Shown here: piece by piece, positions 1 to 13,578 of the stretch
How the letters are laid out: each line of letters starts with the position of its first letter
Position numbering within the stretch: the stretch's first letter is position 1
NCBI RefSeq assembly: GCF_036321535.1
Contig: NC_087436.1
Span: forward strand, 113,028,001-113,092,000
DNA from: Camelus dromedarius
Lineage: Eukaryota
Reading direction: 5' to 3'
DNA length: 64,000 nucleotides
Position numbers and translations under genes: made by a program
The notes under the pieces: generated by a model
Databases searched by the model: none
The model's input: the letters and a program-made list of their open reading frames with translations, nothing else
Told to the model about the DNA's origin: nothing

Positions 1-694
1 TGTACAGCTGAGCAAGGAGTCTTATCATAAACATTTCCTGCCCCTCCAGGCATCTCCCTTCCCCGAGTCAGGCAGTATTCTCATCTCTCCAGCTAGATTC
101 CAGGATTTCAAAAGTGGGAATCACTTCTCATACTTTTTTCTTACATAGTCCATGGCAGTAGGGGTCAACTCATGGACATAGTCATCTCTCATTGGATAGT
201 TTTGAAAACCACAAAGAAATCAACAAACTATTTGATGTAAAGTATGCATAATTTAAAACAAGCATAATTTAAAAAGACAGGATTTCTCACCGGGGGTTTA
301 GACTTGATTTTTCGTGCCGAGTCATGGAACTTTACTCTTGAGTAAGCTCGGGAGTCTTCTTCTAGTTGAGTCCTTTGTACCTCTCTGCCTGTCTATGTAA
401 GTGGAAAAAATGATAGATACACCATTTAAATCGAGAAACTAAGGATGTTCTAGAGCAAGCATTAACCCTCAAAAGGCTTATCTTCTGACCATTGATGCAT
501 CTCATGAAATGTACAAATTTCAAATATATTTGAAGGTTCAGGTTTGCTGAATATTTTCTTTCTCAGCTCTGTCTCTCTCAAGACTGGACAAATATAAAAT
601 TTCATCATCAAGAAACCCTAAAATGAAATGTCTTATTTCCTCCTACAGATCAATAGATTATCCAGTTCACAGAGGATCATTTCTAAATAGTTTC

Positions 695-893
695 ATATAA
701 AAATAGATTAAAAATATAATAGATTTAAAAAGTTTCTTCTGTATGGCACAGGAAACTATGTTCAATATCTTGTAATAATCTTTAATGAAAAAGAATATTT
801 GTATGTATGTGCATGACTAGGGACATCGTGCTGTACACCAGAGACTGACACATTGTAACTGACTGTACTTCCATTAAAAAAACAAAAACAAAA
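695..893 (+). mobile_element. Short 3' end of a lineage-specific (artiodactyl/camelid) L1
   Basis: L1 3'UTR motifs ctgtatggcacagg...gttcaatatcttgtaata...gctgtacaccaga...cattgtaactgactgtacttc followed by an A-rich tail. Confidence 0.75.
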
Positions 894-1146
894 GGCAAAC
901 AGCCTGTGATGAGAAGCATCTATAATGTCCAATTGTAAATAAGTGCAGCACACACACTCCAGGGTGCAGGCCAGTCCTCCTCGGGCGCCTCTGGACCTGC
1001 TGTCCCCGTGGGGAGCTCAGCCTCCTGCTCACATGGGCTTGATGCTCTCGTTCTCATTCTGGGTGTCTCCTTTCTCCTGAGAGCCAGTCCACCAGGTGCT
1101 GCTACTGCTTTGTCCTCATCTCTCCTTCAAACCCACCCCTTCTAGT

Positions 1147-1270
1147 GGGGAGGGTATAGCTCCGTGGTAGAGTGTGTGCTTAGCATGCACGAGGTCCTGG
1201 GTTCAATCCCCAGTACTTCCAATTAAAAGAAAAAACTAACTAAATAAATAAACCTCATTACCCACCCCCT
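1147..1270 (+). mobile_element. tRNA-Ala-derived SINE (camelid Vic-1 type)
   Basis: GGGGAGGGTATAGCTCCGTGGTAGAG (A box) ... GGTTCAATCCCCAGTAC (B box), then an AT-rich tail ending aaataaataaacctcattacc. Confidence 0.85.
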
Positions 1271-3099
1271 CCAGTAAAGGAAAACTTCATTCCTAATCCA
1301 CTCCTTCTAGAACCAAGCCACTCCTCCTTTTTCAGCAAGTACAATCCAAATGCCGAGCCTTCCTTCTGGGCAAGTCTTAGCCGTCCCGGCCATATATGTA
1401 GATATTCACAGTAAGAAGGGACAAACTTATTCTACCTCTGATGGAAACCTTATTATTATAATCCACACCGAGACATTCCACAGCATGGAACACTTCTCAT
1501 CACTAGGAATGAAACGTAGTGTACCTGCGCTGGGGATCTTCAGGTATTCTTCTCAAGTCCTACCTGTTTTTCAAGACCATGCAAAGCTATTTCCTTTCTC
1601 TTACATGTCCAAGGTCACGCTGCTAGCGAGTGAGCCTGCCAGCATTTAATGCTGGGCAGCTGCGGTCCAGCTCCCATGTTCTTCCTGTTCTCCACTCTTT
1701 GCTCCATGGGATATATATAAAAGGACCACTTTTTAGACGTCCCATCCGGGTCGAGGTATATACATGAAGAAGTATGCTTGTGAGTGCCATGTTCCTTTAG
1801 GGCCCTGAGATCGAGTCTAAAGACAAGGCAGCTGATGTTTGCCTCAAATGCACAGAATGACTCTTAGGGGCTACGGAATATAATGGACACGCAGGTCGAG
1901 GCCCCGCGCACAAGGAGAGACAAATGCCCTGAGAGCCAAGGGAGTATATTTTTCCTTCCAAAGCCTCCAGCTGGACTGGGGCTATCATATTCATGGCCCA
2001 CGGACAATGAGAGCTACCGTGACTTTGTGAAATAACTACCCATCAGAAGGTACAGATGAGGCCAGGTGTGGGAGACCAGACCCTCCCAGCCCTCACGTAG
2101 CCCAGCTGACTAGGTGCCAGGACTCACACACCTACCAAAACAGCAGAGTGTCTGTGTCGAGCTGAGGGGACTTTAGGTAATTTTCCTTTATTTTCCAATA
2201 TTTTAGAATCACGGTTCTGACAATCATGGCTCTAATGGAAGATAATAAACTGGAATTCAAGAAAAAGACATGTGCCCTCAGTAGAATGGGGTTGCGAACA
2301 GTCGTAAAGTCATTTCTGTGAACTGACTGGCTGTTCCTACTACCATGGGCCCCCACCCATGAGCACGGCTGCACTTTTCCTTACAATCACGCAACCTTTG
2401 GCTTGTTTGGGATGAATACAGGTAAAAATTTATGGCATCTCCTCATAGGAAAAGAAATGGCATCATCTAAGAAATTACTGGTTGTGCTCCAGAAATATCC
2501 CTAAAAGCCTGGGCTTCTTTGTCTCAGGGTGGAAAACAACCTGAACTGTCATCAACAACCATCAGCTGGACTAGACTTGCAAGCACCTCCCTGCGCCCTC
2601 CGCTCCTCCTGTTCCTTCTTCTGCCCTCTTACATGCTTGTCCTTCATCTGCATCCCTGATGTCTTTCTTTCTTTTACTGGCTTCCTCTCTGCCTCACGGG
2701 CCTTGATGGTCAGTTTTTTCCCAAGTGTAAGATTGTCTTCATTCATTCATTCTTGCCCTCGGGAAACAAAGGCACTCTCAGAACTTCAAAACTCTCACAG
2801 TAGAGCTGCCTCCTACATCTGCTTCTCCAGGCCTGGTTCCTTCCACTGTCTGCATCTCCAGGGGAGCACACATTGAGATGCCCCACCAGCCTCTCATGTT
2901 CAAACAAAAATCAGTCCAGTAGATTCAATATTGCATCCTATATTGTCAACAGCTTTCCAGGGCATGCAGAAAACCATCGGAGCCCCTCAGTGTAACCCTC
3001 AAGGCCCCCGCCATCCGATTCTACTCTAATCTCTTTCTCTGTTTCCCAGCAAGATCCATGGATCCAGCAACGCCGGCCCATGAGACAGACTGGGGTTGG

Positions 3100-3330
3100 G
3101 ATGGAGCTGAGATCAAATCGTGACTCCTCTACACACGTGCTCTGTGACCTGGGGATGGCTTTGCAGCCCCTCTAAACCTCAGTTTTCTCATTTGTCAAAT
3201 GTGAAAGAAAACTATTAGTACCCACCTCATAGGAGTGTTGGGATAAAGATGTGATAACATGGGGAAGAGACTTGGCAAAATGCCTGGCACTGAGTAATAC
3301 GCTATAGATAGGAGCTGTTGTAATTCTCAG
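3100..3330. mobile_element. MIR SINE remnant
   Basis: MIR core motifs cctcagttttctcatttgtcaaatg...tagtacccacctcatagg...tgcctggcac. Confidence 0.7.
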
Positions 3331-3441
3331 TAAGAATTCAACGCCTCCTCTCTGCATAGCTCTGTTCAAGAACTTCTGCTGGAAAATTTCTATTCTGCTT
3401 CACTGTCTTTGGTCATAAAGTAGGGATGGCCCACTTCTTAC

Positions 3442-3543
3442 CTCCACGCCGAACTCAGTCTCCACTTGATGCTCACTGGGACTTCGTGAGCACCTGGGCC
3501 GAGGGGTGGGGATTTCCTGCAGCAATGCACTTTCTGCTTTGGA
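3442..3543 (-). CDS. CC2D2A: CC2D2A coding exon 5 ([34 protein letters not shown]); gene continues beyond window start
   Basis: Acceptor gattcttcag|, 102 nt, phase 0-0, donor GAG|GTAAGA. Similar to recalled human [34 protein letters not shown]. Confidence 0.94.
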
Positions 3544-3869
3544 CTGAAGAATCAAACAGAAAATTACTGCTATAAGTTGTCAGGAGTGCTATGAAGACCT
3601 CGGTCACAATCTTGGGAGAAAATAATCAGTAAAAAAATACACATCATATTTCTTTACGAGATAAGAGCAATAGCTTAGAAAAAGGACGTTAAATTCTTTT
3701 TAAGCATCATTGTCATCTGTGTCACTGTTAAATACTGCATTAACATTTAAAATGTGAAAAACAAATTTAGCTGTATTCAGATTCATGCAGTTTTGAGCAA
3801 ACAAAACAAGCTCAACCAGAAAGGATGCGCTGCAATCACTGAACAAAATATTCCTGTGGTTTCTCTCAC

Positions 3870-3958
3870 CCTTGCAGCTTGTAATTTCTCCCTCATGCGT
3901 TCTCTCATGGAAAATTCTGCAAAGCCTGTTCTGGAAGCTGAGGGAATTGGAGGTAAGC
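3870..3958 (-). CDS. CC2D2A: CC2D2A coding exon 4 ([30 protein letters not shown])
   Basis: Acceptor gtattttttag|GC completes the split Ser codon; 89 nt; donor AGG|GTGAGA. Phase agrees with the previous exon. Confidence 0.95.
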
Positions 3959-4759
3959 CTAAAAAATACAAGAATATTACTTAAACAGAACATTCCCCCC
4001 CCCCAAAGGAAACAGTAGATTAAAAAATAGCAAAAGAATGTAACTTTGCTTTGCAAATTTAGAACTTCATATAAGCCATCATGAGATAATGCTGACAACC
4101 GTCCATCTGATGTAAGACGTACATGTCTTGGCTTCTTTTAAGTCCGACAGTGAAAATGCTGGTCCTATCAGGACTGTCACATCGACTTAACTAAGAATAA
4201 AACAAATGACACCCGACTAGTCCAGGCACAGACACGCTTAGCGATTCAATTACCACTGGGAAGAGGCTCGCAAATTTGATGATCTGAGAAACAGGCTCGT
4301 CGGATGAATGGATGGCTATTGATTTTGGGGCTCAACTTTCAACAGCGCTCACAACTTCAATCAGAGAAACCTTTCCTGCAAGCCCAGGCCGTCGCCCTGG
4401 GCTACATCTTAGAGGCAGCATGTATTTTGTCCATATTATTAAAACTATACATAAATATCATGGAATGTCGTTCAGCTGTTGTGCGCCGGGCTTTGTGACA
4501 CATGTGTGGAATGCATTTTCTCATCAGTCTCACGCCAGCCCAGCTAGGAGGACACAGGTATTACTATCACCCGGGGTCTTGAAGATGGAGACTCTGAGGT
4601 CCTCCGTGATCAGCGACCGGCATGATGACCGCAGAGCTAGGAGCTGGGGTGCTTGGAATTTGGTCCCAGTCCCAGTGTTCCCAAACACGCTACATCATGA
4701 TGAAAAAGGTGGAACCAAAGCAAAGTGTTTGGGGAAAAAAAAAAGTGTTACCATGCCTG

Positions 4760-5590
4760 GAGCAGGAGGGCTCTACTGGGACAAAGTAGAAGATGAAATT
4801 GCAGAAAGGGTTTGAGGTCAAGTTATGGGGAGCCACTGACGTCAGTCTGGAATATATTCTCCATGCAGGGGGGACGTCTCGAAGGATGTGGAGAGAAGAA
4901 GAGGTGAATGTTGGCAGCTGCACCTGGGGGTGCAGGTACAGGGCAGTTGGGACGCAGGCACCAGGGACCCCAGCTGGGATGCCCTGGTGAGATGATAAGA
5001 GGAGAGAGTCAGTGGGAGCCACGGCGAAGAGGCCACAAAGACAGTCTGATCGTTCCCTGAGAGGTGGGGCACTAGTTCTCATGGCAGCAGCATCTCCTGG
5101 GCGCTTGGTGGATGTGCCAGTTCTCGGCCCTGCCCCAGACCCCCTGAATCCGAATCTGGAGGTGGAGCTTCCGTCTAAGTGATTTAAAGACACACTTAAG
5201 TTGGAGGACCCCTGGTTTCGAGAAAGAGAAGGCGAAGGTGTCTGAGGTCTTGACTGAGGCGAGTAGTGGCTTGGCGCTCCTGAGGGAGAAAGAGAAAAGA
5301 GGAAAGAAGCCAAGACGGGGAGGCACTGGAGTGACTTAGTCTGGAGGTGGGGTGAGTCTGGGGAGCTGGGAGGACACGGGAATGTGTGCTGGTCCCGCAC
5401 ACCGAGCGGTGGGAAGGGGTCCAGGCCCGGAGAGAAAGACTCAGGAAGCACTTCTACCATGGTGATGCTGACGTGCTGAGAGAGCCGTACCCGAGGGAGG
5501 GAGGGCAGGGAGAGGAGGCTTCTGACACTAGCCATCGGCACTGTTAAGGGAGAAAGGCTGAAAAATGAAAAAAGAGAAGACAAGGTGTGT
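4760..5590 (-). mobile_element. L2 LINE remnant (GC/CpG-rich copy)
   Basis: Purine-rich diverged L2 motifs on +, such as ggatgtgccagttc...gaggtggagcttcc and gtgacttagtctggaggtggggtgag. Confidence 0.55.
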
Positions 5591-7879
5591 TATTAGCGGT
5601 AGAGGGACAAGCGGCCGAGAGGAGGAAGTGAAGAGGTGACAGGCAGAGGCCGCCGTTAGTCACCGTCACGTCTTCTTATGCAAAAGAAGATGGTGGTCAC
5701 AGTCGGTCGGGGGACCTGTCTCTGCAGCCTGGCCGCTCGGGGCCTGGGCTGCGCTTTCCTCCTTTCATGTGACACAGAGATGTAAAATGCTCCTTGATCG
5801 GGCGCCAACCGTACCACGTCGTCAGTGCCTGTGCGAAGGCACGGAGTGATCACAGTGACGACTGCAGTCCTGCATGTGTGGGCTGAGGTCCGAGTTCTGT
5901 AGGAGACTCTCCATCAGCTCCGTGAAGTGGCCTTTGACATCCCTTTTTCAACTCGTTAAAGAAAATTCAAGTCATTATTTTCCATTTCATAGACCACGTG
6001 TGCACGCATGGTGGATCACAGCCCCACGTCAGAGGCCCGAGACTTGTCCTGTCGCATTTTGAATTTACATATTTGTGTGGTTATTCGACTAATACCTGTT
6101 TCCTCCCCCAGGTTCCATGGTCCCCCGCCCCGCAGGGCAGGCACAGGTGACACTGAAAGTGTGTGGCCCACCTGGGCGAAGAAAGAAGGGCTTCCAGCCT
6201 AGGCCCCTGGGGCTTTCCCCTCTTGTTCTCTGGGTGACCATCCTCCGTGCTTCTGCCCCTAAAGAGAAGCCTTTTTAAGTTAACACGCAATGTCTCTGAA
6301 CATGAAAAGAACAACTTGTTAATTTACTCCTCTTTCTTTTTTTTTTTTTTGAAGAGATCTAATTTTTTAAGTTGACTTAAAATAGCTACTACCTACATGG
6401 AGTTCACTAGAATAATTTTATAAATTATTGTTTAGAAGAGAGGCAAGATATTTTATATAAACACCTTCTTTTCTGAATAAACAAACTGAAGTGGCTTCAG
6501 TAGTATTAGCTGTAAAGGCCTCGAAAATTTTTGAAATGATAAAAAGTAGTTCTGCCTGATTTTTTCAAAACCCTCTGTTAGTGGAAGGCATGGGGGGGAT
6601 ACAAAGATTTCCAGATCCGATCGTACCACTAGGTGGTGACACGTTATCTTCTCAGCTAGAATGGGGCCAGCTTGAGGGCAAGGACACCGTTGGTGACTTT
6701 TGTATCTGGTGCCTTGTGGCACTAAATGAGTGAAGGAAAACACATGAAGGAACCATGAGGGTGGGAGGGATATTATACTTAAAGAGGAATTTCAAATAAA
6801 GTAAACATAATCCTCATTTGGGTGAAATCTGATGATGACAACTATTTTTTTATGGTAATATTACTAACTTGATATCCATGGAAAACCAAATATACTAATT
6901 CACTCCCTCTGATGTAATAACTGATAGGGACTTCTCATTTTTATGTTGGTAGACTGTGGCCAAAAGAGTTTCTTCAAACAGCTAGAAATACTAAGCCATC
7001 CCTCATAAGGCATTTTTTTCTCCTTACTGTCAGTTTCTCCGCTACATTACTAATCAGCTTTGTGGTCCCAAACTGTCTCTATTTTTCCTGTCCTAGGGAT
7101 AAGAAGTGATTTGCCAAACTTGAAAGAGGGCGTGATTTCACATTTACTAAAGAAGCTCTGTGACACAGCTGAGAAAACCTGGCACGAATAAAGTTTCTGC
7201 CACTTGCAATGCAAAGAATGCAATGAAAATAACTTTTTAAATTATTAAAGATTTGATCCGAGGGCATGCAAGAACTTATGGATAAAGAGAGAATTTTAAG
7301 ACATGCCATTACAAATATGTACCTAATGTCCGTTAGTATGAAATATGGATTTCCTTGGCAAAGTGATGCTTTTCCGTCAGAGGCAGCAGGGACATGCTCA
7401 CAGGTTCTCAGTGAACCCATGAATCCCAAAGCCTCATCAGCCACATGTTTGCAAGTGGCTTCCAGATCTTGCCCGTGCTGCCTCCCATACGTGCTTGAGT
7501 CCATTTCTCTCTCCTTACAGACTAAATAAAACAGCGGACATGTTCCATTTTTCTTTAAACCACTTCTATGATACCTGACCCCTCAGAACACACAACCACC
7601 TTCTAATAAAAAAGGTCTTGCATTTTGAAATAATCTTCCGATCTTCTCGTCCACCGTCCCTGAGTCGATGTGACATGTTGTCTATGGAGACGTGGGTTTC
7701 TAAGGTCTTTACTGCACCATCTGGATGTGCTCCTCTCTTCTCTGTACTTTTGCAGAAATTCCCACATTTCTTGATAGGCCATTGTTCTGTGAATCACACT
7801 GTCCAGACCAGAGCTCTTTGTATACTTTGGGGGATACAAGGACTTTCCAAGGACTTGCTGTAAAATTAGAAGTGCAGTA

Positions 7880-8090
7880 TGGTTGGCCCTCATGCCAGGA
7901 GTTCTGTATCTGAAGATTCTGCCAACCACAGATAGAAAATATTCTGAAAAAATTCCAGAAAGTTCCACAAAGCAAGACCGAAATTTGCTGTAAACCAGCA
8001 ATTATTATTTATGCAGCACTAACGTTGTATTAGGTATTATAAGCAAGCAAGAGATGATTTAAAGTATACAGGGTGTATACAGGGTATATG
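7880..8090. mobile_element. MER2-like (TcMar-Tigger) DNA transposon fragment
   Basis: ttggccctc...ccaaccacagatagaaaatattc...ttgtattaggtattataag...gagatgatttaaagtatac resembles the recalled MER2/Tigger consensus. Confidence 0.7.
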
Positions 8091-8094
8091 CGGA

Positions 8095-8728
8095 ACAGGG
8101 AGCCACGAGGGGTAGGAGATGGAATATTAAGATATCAGGTCATAGAGATAAGGGGGAGACACACTGCGTAGGTCATTCTACAGAATTTGGCTTTAACTCT
8201 GAGTCAACTGAGAGTCCTCAGAGGATGTGAACAGAGGAGTCACGTGACTACTTTTCCAAGACCACGCTGGGTGCTGGGGCGAGCAGGAGGGTGAGACTAG
8301 AAGCAGGGGCATCAGATAAGAGGCTATTGCAACACTTTATTTTATTACAACACTTCTGGTGAGAGTTGAACATGGTTTGGGTCAGGATGGTAGCAATGGG
8401 GATGCTGAGAAATGGTCATGTTTTAGATCTGAAAGTACAGCAAACAGGACTCATGGACAGATTGGGCGTGGGCAAGTAGAAGGACATGAGTTATGGTGAC
8501 TAGAAGTTTTTGACCCAAGCAATAGGAAAAAGTGAAATGTCTCTTTAGTGAGATGGGGAAGAGCAGGACTTCCCCACCCTCATGACGTTGTTTAACAAGC
8601 TTCACGAACTTCCCAGAGGGGAAGCCATATGTAAAGCTTCTGAAATTGGAATGTTTTTGTAGGAGAAACAGGCTGGGGTTGGAAAAAGGTGATCAGAAGC
8701 TCAGTTTCAGTTGAGTAAAATTTGAATG
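8095..8728 (-). mobile_element. L2 LINE remnant, left part (interrupted by an L1)
   Basis: Typical L2 minus-strand motifs: agaggctattgc, ggatggtagcaatgggga, agtgagatggggaagagc, gaagctcagtttcag. Confidence 0.7.
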
Positions 8729-8729
8729 G

Positions 8730-9820
8730 TCTCCAAGTAGACCATGGACCTAACCAAATGTAAGAACTAAAAACACAAAACTTCCAGACAATATAGAAGA
8801 AAATTTTCACGACTTTGGGTGGGACAAAAAAATTTTAGATACAATCCCCACAGTACAATCCATAATAGAAGAAAAGTGATAAATTTGACTTCATCAAAAT
8901 TAAAAACGTCTGTACTTCAAAAGATATCATTAAGAAAATGAAGATTAGACATGTACTTGGAAAAAATATTTGCAAGTTATATATCTGATAAAGTACTTGT
9001 ATCCAGAATATGTACAGAACTATTACAACTCCACAGCAAGACGAAGAATCCAATTAATAATGTGTAAAATCTTAAATAGACTTACTAAGAAGATGTATCA
9101 GTTACTAATAAGCATGTGATAAATACTCTGTGTCATTAATCGTTAGGGAAATACAAGTTAAAGGCACAATGAAATACCACCATACACACACTATTAAGAC
9201 TAAAATTAAAGACAGATTATATACATTGTCGGGCAGGAAGTGGAGAAACTGAACCTCTCACAAACTGTCGGTGGGAAAGTAAAGTGATACAGCCACTTTG
9301 GAAAATAGATCAGCGGCTCCTTATAGCGTTAAATATAAATTTATCATATGACCCAGTTCATAGTAGCATTATTTATAACAGCTTCAACCTGGAAAGAATC
9401 CAAATATCCATCAACAGATGAATGAATAAATAAAATGTGGTATATCCAGGTGATGAAATGCAATTCAGCAATAAAAAGGAACAAAATGTGGATATACACT
9501 ACAACATGTATGAATCTCAAAAAACATTATGCTAAGATGTCAGATGCAAAACACTACATATTGTATATTCTATTTACATGAAATGTCTAGAAAAGGCACA
9601 TTTTTAGGAAAATAAATCAGTGTTTGTCCAGGGCTGGGGGTGAAAGGGGGAATTATCTGCAAATAGGCATAAAGGGACTTTCTGGGGTAATGAAAACACT
9701 CTAAAGCTGGATTGTGGTGATGTTTGCACAAGTCTACAAATGTACTAAAAATCGTTGAATTGTATCCTCACGTGGGTGAATTTTCTGATATGCAGATTAT
9801 ACTTCAGTAAGTCTATTAAA
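8730..9820 (+). mobile_element. Old L1 (L1MB/MC-like): end of ORF2 and 3'UTR
   Basis: gacttcatcaaaattaaaaac, atatttgcaagttatatatctgataaag, atccatcaacagatgaatgaataaataaaatgtggtata, ctggattgtggtgatg...ttatacttcagtaag. Confidence 0.85.
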
Positions 9821-10320
9821 TGTGTGAGTCATCCTATTAAACATGTAAAAGTGGGTGTTGAGTAGGCAGGTGCACAGTTAGTCTGAAAGAGGCCCAGGCT
9901 GGAGATAAAAATTTGGGACTGGTCAGTTATACATACAATACCTATAAGATAGAATTTAAAGTCCTGAGGTGACCAAAAGAATGGATGGTGATAAAGAAAA
10001 GAGGGCCACGCCCTGAGCTCAGGGCACTCCAACATTTAGAGGTTGGGGGTGTAGAAACCAGCAAGGAGACTGAGAGGTCCAGCCAGCAAGGCAGAAGGAG
10101 CCGGGGGAGTGGTGTCCGGGGAGCGCAGTGCAGAGGAGGAGGGAGGGTGAGCTCCTGGGGATGCTGCTGACCGTCAAGCAGGGCAGATGAATAACTGACC
10201 GCTGAACTTAGCATGCGGACCTCAACGAGGACACTTTTGAGAGGGAGTGGGAGCAGTTTCCAGCCTGGAGACAGAATGGGGACAGATGACTCTGGAGGAG
10301 TTTTGCTATAAAGGAGTGTT
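9821..10320 (-). mobile_element. L2 LINE remnant, right part
   Basis: Continues the L2 from before 8730: gagtaggcagg...ggctggagataaaaatttggga...gggcactccaacatttagagg...gaggagttttgctataaagga. Confidence 0.75.
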
Positions 10321-13147
10321 TTGGAAAATGTCTTTCTTTATAACTAATAATAATAATGGATCTGTTTTGTATTCTTTTTATTCTCTTATGAGATGGGCAG
10401 TCAGTTGGGCCATAAGAGGAAACAGAGGACAGGCTCAGGAAACAAAGTTCATGGTAAACTCCCAGGTCCTAGAGCCAGGAGGTGGGGCATGCCAGGGTAA
10501 GATGCAGAGGTGGTCTGGAGGCCGAAGACAGGAGGGGGTGAGAGCTTAGAGCCTAGGTCACAGCCTTTCTTGGGATTATTGAGGGAAAGACAAGACAGAG
10601 CAGGGTAAGCAGTGTAGGACTGGCCGATTCGAGTAGTTCTGGGGGGTTCTGAGCTGTAAGGATGGTCTCCAGTTGCCTGGTACCCCGCCCTGGGATGGTT
10701 CAGGCAGAGGAATACTGCTTCCTGGGTTGTACTGGCCAGAGCAAGGAGACAGGGCTCTGGGCTGGTTAGTTTTCATATCATGGTCGTGCTCCAGGCTGAG
10801 TCCTTTGCTATCTCTAACAATTGCCTAGTGTTTCTCCAACCAGACAGGTTTTTTTTATTTGCTTTTTTTCCCCCTCAAGATGTCAAATATCATATCTAAA
10901 ACAAACAAACAACAAAAAAAACAAACAAAACCAAAACTTGATCAAATACAACATATGATTCATTTCTACTTAAATATTTAACTCAGCACTGTAAATTAGT
11001 GCCCCCAGTACTACGTGAGCGGGTAGACTCCTGCACTGGCCAACTTTGGACATTTCCTACATTCCCAGGTGCCTCCTCTGACTAGAATGTTTTTTCTTCT
11101 CCAGCTGCTGAGCTCCAAAGTAACTCCCAAGACCAGCTCCCTTAGGAAGTTCTCCTCTTTGTCCCGTATTGATCTTTATAACATTTGTTTCCTGGGTCAG
11201 GCTTTCCAGGTCTTGGTGACTTTTAAAAAGTAAGCCTGAAATAAATACTCTATTTCCTTTCATTTGCACCAAATTTCACTGGGTTCTGAACTTTATGGTC
11301 AACCAATACTGAGCAATTGGCTCTGAAATGATGCTTTAATCAGAGACACTAACACGAATGAATGGAAAACAGATGTCAGTAATGAAGAAATTTATGTTCC
11401 TAAGAAATGACTTAATGTTCGATAGTCACTCCCTTAAGAGATGGAGTGAGCTGGAATCACAGGGGACGTGTGTGTGTGCTTTTTCTGGATGTTTATTTGA
11501 TTTGGAACCGGTGCCTGTTCAGTGAAATCCTTTCTTTATCTGGAATTCCATGACTATGCATAGGTTTGAATAGCCAATCAGAAGCCAAAGATTTTACCAC
11601 ATGGTTTTATGCTGCTGTTAATCAGGGAGGTGGCACCTCTGGGCATGTGCGTGTGCGGGAGCCTGTCTGATCGAGGGAAGCTGCTGAGTATCTGAATCCA
11701 GTCTGCCTTCAGTAACACTCGGAGCCCTGCAGGAAGGCTACAGTGTAGAGAGGCTTGTGGGCCCGAGGGGAGTCGCTGGGGTGGTGGCCCTGAGGGACAG
11801 GCCAGAGAGAGTCAGAGATTTGGGTCCAGGTGAGCAGACTTGGCTGGAAAGAGGCGGTGGGCATGGTAGTGGGCGTGGTAAGTGAGTGTCCCCAAACCAG
11901 AGCATGGCCTTGAGTAAAAAGCAGAGAGGCAAGCTTGAGACATCTGTCCCCTGAGGACGCATTGCTGAGCGCTCTGTGTACCAGCACTGTGCTAAGCAGA
12001 GCTGAACATTAGTCCCCACCCTCAAGGATTTCTAGTCCAGCGGAGAGAGAGGGCTGTGTACCAATAAACGGATGACTTCAGACATGCTTATGGGCACCGG
12101 GTCCATGAAGCATTAAGAAGGTCTACTCAGCCCACACTGGGCACAGGGGAAACTTCCCAGAGGTGATGTGGATACTGATTTTTGAAAGGTAACAAGCTAG
12201 GATAAAACAAACAAAAACTCTCAAAGGAGAAGGGGTTAGTCTATGCAGGGAGAGTGACGTGGGTGATTTACACTCTTTTGGGGAAAAAATGAGGCACAGC
12301 CAGGCTGACAATTCTGCAAAGACTCCAAGCTGGCACTATGTCCCCTGTCCTCTGGGGGGCCCTGGGAGCCATGGATGACAGGGCTGGCTGTACACTGCCA
12401 TCGGAGCTTCCGTGGGCAACCGTCAACCACTAGCTTTGCCTACTAGTCAGAGTTAAGATTCATGGGTGTAGAGTGACGCTGTAATGCAGCGATTAAGAAC
12501 ACAGGTTCCGAAGGTCCACAGACTGGAGTCTGGCTCCAGCGCCTCTAGCTGTTGGTCCTCTCCGAACCTTAGTTTCCTAATCTGTGAAACAAGGCCTGAT
12601 TATAGGACCGTTCCGAGAATGAAGTAACGTAATGCCCGTAAAGTGCTTACTCTCCTGCCATGTCGAACACTCAAAAGAGGTAATTGTTTTTGTTGGATAT
12701 TTAGCATCAAGTTCTTCTTCCAGCTGGAGGAAGCTACCGTGTATGTGCCAGACCCTCTGTGGGGCGCTTTCTGTATGTCATCTGATTTCATTGTCATAAT
12801 AGCTGCGTGAAGCCAAGGCTTTTATGATCCCCGTTTTATAAACGAGACTCCAGCGGCTTCAGGAGGTTGGGCGATTGCTCAAGGTCCCATGACCAAAAAT
12901 CCTAACAAGCAGTAGTGAGTCTGATTTCAGTTCCTACGGGTCTCATGGAATGTTTGCTGACTTGAAATGTTGTTTATTTCTCTTAATATCTTGGGCAACA
13001 GAATGGAGTGTGAGTAAGAAAAGAGAATGAGGAGTCTTGATGGAAATCTTATCAGAAGGCTTGCTGCCTGGCTCGGAACAATAGTATTAAGCTCTCAGAA
13101 TTCAAGGCTGTCAGATGCGTCATCTGTTTGTCTGTCCACTCACCCCT

Positions 13148-13229
13148 TCTTCCTTCCTTCCTTTCTTCCTTCCCTCCTTTCTTCCTTCTCTCTTTTCTTT
13201 TTTCTTTCTTCTCTCTCTCTCTCTCCTTC
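13148..13229. repeat. (TTCC/TTCT/TC)n polypyrimidine simple repeat
   Basis: Directly visible pyrimidine-only tract. Confidence 0.85.
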
Positions 13230-13500
13230 TGGGGGAGAGGAGGATGCCTCAGGTAAACAAGTAAATGCTTAGAAAAGAAAAATACAATCGAAACATATGA
13301 GCTTTCTTAGCATAAACTTTCTTGTTTGGGCCAGGGAAACCACTGCATCTGAGGTTTGGCCTAGAAAAATGTAGCTAAATCGTGTTTATAAATTGGTCAT
13401 GAGAGACAGCATCATGAAACATTTATAACAGAGTATCAGTCCCAGCCCAGGTTGTGGGGGTGGAGTGTGTCAGGATGGTTCAATATACGCAAATCAATCA

Positions 13501-13578
13501 AGGGGGTGTATAGCTCAGTGGTAGAGCAAATGATTAGCATGCACAAGGTCCTGGGTTCAATCCCCAGCACCTCTGTAT
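13501..13578 (+). mobile_element. tRNA-Ala-derived SINE (Vic-1 type) nested in L1
   Basis: ggggtgtatagctcagtggtagag...ggttcaatccccagcacctc, flanked by aaatcaatcaa / aaatccatcaa target-site duplication. Confidence 0.85.

Noticed and set aside
1147..1222. tRNA-Ala-like cloverleaf (and four similar copies)
   Set aside because: AT-rich tails, target-site duplications and stem mismatches indicate SINEs rather than tRNA genes.
4690..5583. Longest ORF in the track (297 aa, minus strand)
   Set aside because: Ser/Pro/Leu-rich low-complexity translation of a GC-rich L2 remnant inside an intron, with a non-ATG start and no recognisable domain.
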